A stretch of DNA of 64,000 bases, taken from Marinicella sp. Its GTDB lineage: Bacteria > Pseudomonadota > Gammaproteobacteria > Xanthomonadales > Marinicellaceae. The notes under the pieces are model-generated. The model was not told the origin of the DNA. It worked only from the letters and a program-made list of their open reading frames with translations, and searched no databases. The first letter of the stretch is position 1; every line of letters begins with the position of its first letter. This document shows, piece after piece, positions 60,672-64,000 of the stretch. The DNA lies in contig OZ246001.1 in the NCBI GenBank assembly GCA_965230295.1, positions 2,688,001-2,752,000 of the forward strand, in the 5' to 3' direction. The position numbers and the translations under genes were made by a program.

Positions 60672-61040
60672 ATGATACAAATGCAAAGTAGATTATCAGC
60701 AGCTGACAACTCCGGAGCCAAAGAAGTCCAATGTATAAAAGTGTTGGGTGGTTCTAAACGTCGTTATGCTGGTATCGGAGACATCATCAAAGTTTCCGTT
60801 AAGCAAGCCATACCTCGTGGCAAGGTTAAAAAAGGTGAAGTATATAACGCTGTGATCGTGAGAACGAGAAAAGGTGTCAGAAGATCTGACGGTTCTTTGA
60901 TTCGTTTCGATGGCAACGCTGTTGTGATGCTGAATGCCAAACTGGAGCCTATCGGCACCCGTATTTTTGGCCCTGTTACTCGTGAACTGAGATCTGGTAA
61001 ATTCATGAAGATTATTTCATTGGCACCAGAAGTATTATAA
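60672..61040 (+). CDS. rplN: 50S ribosomal protein L14
   Basis: [22 protein letters not shown]. Confidence 0.99.
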   Translation: MIQMQSRLSAADNSGAKEVQCIKVLGGSKRRYAGIGDIIKVSVKQAIPRGKVKKGEVYNAVIVRTRKGVRRSDGSLIRFDGNAVVMLNAKLEPIGTRIFGPVTRELRSGKFMKIISLAPEVL

Positions 61041-61050
61041 GGAAACGATT

Positions 61051-61368
61051 ATGCAAAGAATTAAACAAGGTGACGAAGTTATCGTTATTGCTGGACGCAG
61101 TAAAGGCCAACGTGGCAATGTCTTGAAAGTGATGCAAGACGGACGTTTGTTGGTGAACAATGTGAATACAGTTAAAAAGCATGTTAAGCCCAATCCTCAA
61201 ATTGAAGAAAAAGGCGGTATCAAAACACAGGAAGCGCCTATCGATGCTTCAAATGTGATGCTGTATAATCCTGCCTCCGGTAAAGGCGAACGTGTCGGAT
61301 TTAAAGTTTTAGAAAACGGCCGAAAAGTTCGAGTTTTTAAATCCAATGGTGAAGCAGTAGACGCTTAA
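61051..61368 (+). CDS. rplX: 50S ribosomal protein L24
   Basis: [19 protein letters not shown]. Confidence 0.99.
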   Translation: MQRIKQGDEVIVIAGRSKGQRGNVLKVMQDGRLLVNNVNTVKKHVKPNPQIEEKGGIKTQEAPIDASNVMLYNPASGKGERVGFKVLENGRKVRVFKSNGEAVDA

Positions 61369-61378
61369 GAGAATTATT

Positions 61379-61921
61379 ATGGCCAGATTAGAAAAATACT
61401 ATAAAGAAGAAGTGGTTCCTAAGCTGATGGAATCCGGCAAATTTGCCAATGTGATGGAAGTGCCTAAGATCACTAAAATCACATTGAACATGGGTGTTGG
61501 TGAAGCCGTTGGGAACAAAAAGATATTACAACATGCAACCAGTGACATGGGAACCATTGCAGGTCAAAAACCTGTCATCACTCATGCCAAAAAGTCAGTA
61601 GCGGGTTTTAAGATTCGTGAAGACTGGCCGATTGGTTGTAAAGTCACACTCAGACGTCAAAAGATGTATGAGTTTTTGGATCGCTTGGTCAATGTTTCAT
61701 TGCCCCGAGTCAGAGATTTTCGTGGTTTGAACCCGAAATCTTTTGACGGCCGCGGTAACTACTCAATGGGTGTGAAAGAACAAATCATTTTCCCAGAAAT
61801 TGAGTATGACAAAATTGATGAGTTGCGTGGTATGGACATCTGTATCACCACCACTGCCAGAAACGATGAGGAAGCTCGCATGTTACTGGATCAATTTGAT
61901 TTTCCATTCAAAGGTAGGTAA
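61379..61921 (+). CDS. rplE: 50S ribosomal protein L5
   Basis: [20 protein letters not shown]. Confidence 0.99.
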   Translation: MARLEKYYKEEVVPKLMESGKFANVMEVPKITKITLNMGVGEAVGNKKILQHATSDMGTIAGQKPVITHAKKSVAGFKIREDWPIGCKVTLRRQKMYEFLDRLVNVSLPRVRDFRGLNPKSFDGRGNYSMGVKEQIIFPEIEYDKIDELRGMDICITTTARNDEEARMLLDQFDFPFKGR

Positions 61922-61926
61922 TAGAC

Positions 61927-62232
61927 ATGGCTAAAGAATCAATGGTCCAACGTGACCTGAAAAGAAAAAGAATCGTGGCAAAGTATGCCGAAAAACGCGC
62001 AGCCTTGAAAAAGATCATTGCCGATCCTAAAACCACATTTGAAGAAATGATGGAAGCTCAAGAAGCGTTACAGAAGTTACCGAGAAATGCATCGCCTTCT
62101 AGAATGCGTAACCGTTGTCAAATTTCAGGTAGACCTCGCGGCTACTACAATAAATTTGGCTTGAGTAAAACAAAATTCCGTGAAGCTGCTATGCGTGGTG
62201 ACATTCCTGGTTTGAAGAAAGCCAGCTGGTAA
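61927..62232 (+). CDS. rpsN: 30S ribosomal protein S14 (101-aa form)
   Basis: [20 protein letters not shown]. Confidence 0.99.
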   Translation: MAKESMVQRDLKRKRIVAKYAEKRAALKKIIADPKTTFEEMMEAQEALQKLPRNASPSRMRNRCQISGRPRGYYNKFGLSKTKFREAAMRGDIPGLKKASW

Positions 62233-62246
62233 AGAGAGAATAGATT

Positions 62247-62642
62247 ATGAGTTTAAGTGATCCAATTTCAGACATGATTTGCAGCATCAAGAATGCGCAA
62301 GCTGTCAATAAAGAAAGTACTGTCACTCCTGCTTCTAAAGTGAAGAAAGGAATCTTGTCAGTATTACAACAGGAAGGCTACATCAGATCTTTTGAAGTTG
62401 TTGAAAAGGATAACCACCCTTTCATCAAAATCAACATCAAATACTACAGGAATCAACCTGTGATTGAGATGATCAAAAGAGTCAGTAAGCCTGGTTTAAG
62501 ACAATACCGTGGTAAAGATGAATTGCCACGTGTAGATGCCGGTTTCGGTACTGCTATTGTTTCAACATCAAAAGGTATCATGACCGATAAAACAGCCCGT
62601 GCTGAACAAATCGGTGGTGAGATCCTTTGCGTCGTTAAGTAA
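62247..62642 (+). CDS. rpsH: 30S ribosomal protein S8
   Basis: DPISDM, SKPGLR.Y, STSKG. Confidence 0.99.
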   Translation: MSLSDPISDMICSIKNAQAVNKESTVTPASKVKKGILSVLQQEGYIRSFEVVEKDNHPFIKINIKYYRNQPVIEMIKRVSKPGLRQYRGKDELPRVDAGFGTAIVSTSKGIMTDKTARAEQIGGEILCVVK

Positions 62643-62656
62643 TTGGGAGAATCAGC

Positions 62657-63184
62657 ATGTCAAGAATTGCAAAAAAACCGATTTCAATTGCTTCTAACGT
62701 AGATTTCAGCGTCAAGGACAATGTGGTGACTGTCAAAGGTCCCAAAGGTCAATTGACCATGAATCTGCATGAAGATGTATCAGTTGAACAAAATGACGGT
62801 GAATTGAACGTTTCTGCCAAAAATGATGACATGGTTTACATGGCTGGTACCATGCGTTCATTGATCAACAACATGGTAGAAGGCGTGTCCAATGGTTTCT
62901 CAAAGAAACTACAATTGGTCGGCGTTGGTTATCGTGTTGCCATGAAAGGAAAAGATTTGGACTTGAACTTAGGTTTCTCGCACCCAGTTATCTACCCAGC
63001 ACGTGAAGGCATCACATTTGAAGTGCCTACACAAACTGAAATTGTAGTGAACGGAGCTGACAAGCAACAAGTGGGTCAAGTCGCTGCAGAAATCAGAGCC
63101 ATCAGACCGCCAGAGCCTTACAAAGGCAAAGGTGTTAAGTATGCTGATGAAAGACTGTACAGAAAAGAGGCCAAGAAAGCGTAA
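62657..63184 (+). CDS. rplF: 50S ribosomal protein L6
   Basis: MSRIAK, GVGYR, PEPYKGKG. Confidence 0.99.
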   Translation: MSRIAKKPISIASNVDFSVKDNVVTVKGPKGQLTMNLHEDVSVEQNDGELNVSAKNDDMVYMAGTMRSLINNMVEGVSNGFSKKLQLVGVGYRVAMKGKDLDLNLGFSHPVIYPAREGITFEVPTQTEIVVNGADKQQVGQVAAEIRAIRPPEPYKGKGVKYADERLYRKEAKKA

Positions 63185-63202
63185 TGCTTCTTTGAAAAAA
63201 CT

Positions 63203-63559
63203 ATGCATAAGAAAAATACACAACGAATTAAAAAAGCAACCAGAACCAGAGCTAAATTGCGTGAATTGGGTGTGCCATCTTTATCGGTACACAAAACAGG
63301 TCAACACCTGTATGCGCAAATTTTTTCAGGAGATGGTAAATCAACTTTGGCTGCGGTTTCTACCCAGGAAAAAGGTTTGCTAGCTGATGGCGCATCACGC
63401 ACCAACATCGAAGCTGCACAAGCAGTCGGTAAAGCAATCGCTGAGAAAGCCAAAAAAGCAGGTGTTGAATCTGTTGGGTTTGATAGATCAGGTTATATCT
63501 ATCATGGCAAAATTAAAGCATTGGCTGAAGCAGCACGTGAAGCGGGGTTGAAATTCTGA
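63203..63559 (+). CDS. rplR: 50S ribosomal protein L18
   Basis: H.YAQI, FDRSGY.YHG, AREAGL.F. Confidence 0.99.
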   Translation: MHKKNTQRIKKATRTRAKLRELGVPSLSVHKTGQHLYAQIFSGDGKSTLAAVSTQEKGLLADGASRTNIEAAQAVGKAIAEKAKKAGVESVGFDRSGYIYHGKIKALAEAAREAGLKF

Positions 63560-63579
63560 TGAATGATAAAAGAAAAAAT

Positions 63580-64000
63580 ATGGCAGACAAAGATCAAGGT
63601 GATAACCTGTTAGAAAGATTGGTTGCTGTCAACCGTGTGGCCAAAGTGGTTAAAGGTGGTAGACAGTTTGGTTTTGCTGCATTGACTGTGGTTGGTGATG
63701 GTAAAGGTAAAATTGGTTTTGGTTACGGTAAAGCAAAAGAAGTACCAGTAGCGATTCAAAAAGCCATGGATCAAGCCAGACGTAACACCACTGATGTGAG
63801 CTTGAAAGGCAACACCTTATGGCATGCCACCAAAGCGAAACATTCAGGATCACGTGTTTACATGCAGCCTGCATCTGAAGGTACCGGTGTTATTGCTGGT
63901 GGTGCGATGCGTGCTGTATTCGACGTGGTTGGCGTGGAAAACGTTTTGGCCAAATCTCAAGGCTCAAACAACCCAATTAATTTGGTCAGAGCAACCATCA
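63580..64000 (+). CDS. rpsE: 30S ribosomal protein S5 (3' truncated by window; alternative in-frame start at 63559)
   Basis: [35 protein letters not shown]. Confidence 0.97.
   Translation, partial: MADKDQGDNLLERLVAVNRVAKVVKGGRQFGFAALTVVGDGKGKIGFGYGKAKEVPVAIQKAMDQARRNTTDVSLKGNTLWHATKAKHSGSRVYMQPASEGTGVIAGGAMRAVFDVVGVENVLAKSQGSNNPINLVRATI

Overview
Gammaproteobacterial chromosome segment; gene content and a C-terminal 'D-x-IF-x-x-x-FE' protein tail suggest a Xanthomonadales-related marine lineage such as Marinicella (inference). 1-12 kb is an accessory block: the 3' end of an IS, a 367-bp displaced copy of an MFS gene 3' end, a 3388-aa DUF285/Ig-repeat surface protein with nine near-identical 783/786-bp units, and a decayed pdxH pseudogene. 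12-37.5 kb holds mostly housekeeping genes (MFS, CDF, methyltransferases, acpH, pip, NRAMP-pxpABC, zapE, ampG, prpBC, DUF2157/DUF4401, sulfatase-like, btuF) plus an orphan Pycsar-effector-like gene. It also holds two copies of a 488/571-bp non-coding element with modular GNA-triloop hairpins, compensatory base changes and nested insertions, which is the best candidate for an undescribed system. 37.7-64 kb is the conserved tRNA-tuf-secE-nusG-rplKAJL-rpoBC-str-S10-spc cluster. Single-base frameshifts in fusA and the second tuf are probably sequencing errors. All calls come from reading the sequence; no searches were run.
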